DNA of 20,063 nt from Chiloscyllium plagiosum (taxonomy: Eukaryota), in assembly GCF_004010195.1 (NCBI RefSeq), contig NC_057719.1:31856883-31876945 (forward strand), given 5' to 3'. How positions within the stretch are numbered: position 1 is the first letter of the stretch; each line of letters starts with the position of its first letter. The translations under genes and the position numbers were made by a program. Below the pieces are notes generated by a model, which saw only the letters and a list, made by a program, of their open reading frames with translations, ran no database searches and was not told the DNA's origin. This document shows positions 19,862-20,063 of the stretch, in pieces.

Positions 19862-20063
19862 TTCTCAGTATCTCATTCATGGTTAACCCCAAATCACATG
19901 CCTGTGCCAGTCGTCTCAAACTGTCAAAAATCCTAGGATGGACTCTGTGCGAGATATGCGGCTGTCCAGCCCCATCTCCGGCACTTTTATTTCCCTTCCC
20001 AGGAACAAAGACACGGAGGAGTCTGTCCAAAACTTTTCATTCAACTTTGCAAAGTCGGGTGCA

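Larger units (their letters stand above)
17985..19945 (-). mobile_element. Ty3/Gypsy LTR retrotransposon internal relic (gag - protease - RT N-terminal half), pseudogenised
   Basis: Minus-strand translation gives gag LRRLAQACDLGLTMNEILR (~19865-19920), protease C-terminal EPLQIK..ISVPVSYEKQ and GSGPSQLGQNWL, then KYPGIFQEGLGTI, and RT EWAAPVILIVKPDGSLRLCGDFK and KYATINTHKGLYQ. Truncated before YxDD, with many stops and frameshifts. Confidence 0.92.

Overview
Vertebrate, AT-rich, CpG-depleted intronic or intergenic DNA, almost certainly from a cartilaginous fish. The HE1 V-SINE, HER1/CR1 LINE fragments and the shark-type Penelope-like terminal fragments point to a shark, plausibly a carpet shark (inference from recalled repeat consensuses, not a database search). 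I recognise no intact host protein-coding gene, rRNA, tRNA or CRISPR array. Much of the window is decayed transposable elements: several CR1-group LINE fragments (some nested), tRNA-derived SINEs, about seven Penelope-like terminal relics with hammerhead-ribozyme-like cores, a possible Harbinger transposase relic, and a minus-strand Gypsy gag-pro-RT relic. The Gypsy relic is interrupted by a clean 389-bp solo LTR (TG..CA, 4-bp TSD) and by a near-full-length HE1 SINE. The most striking unexplained structures are a ~183-bp, ~97% identical inverted repeat at 16199-16725, next to a CpG-retaining AT-rich tract, and a perfect 33-bp-stem hairpin at 1502-1575. A few plus-strand splice-signal clusters may be exons of an unidentified host transcript, but this is weak. 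TE family assignments come from motif recognition and their boundaries are approximate unless a TSD fixes them.
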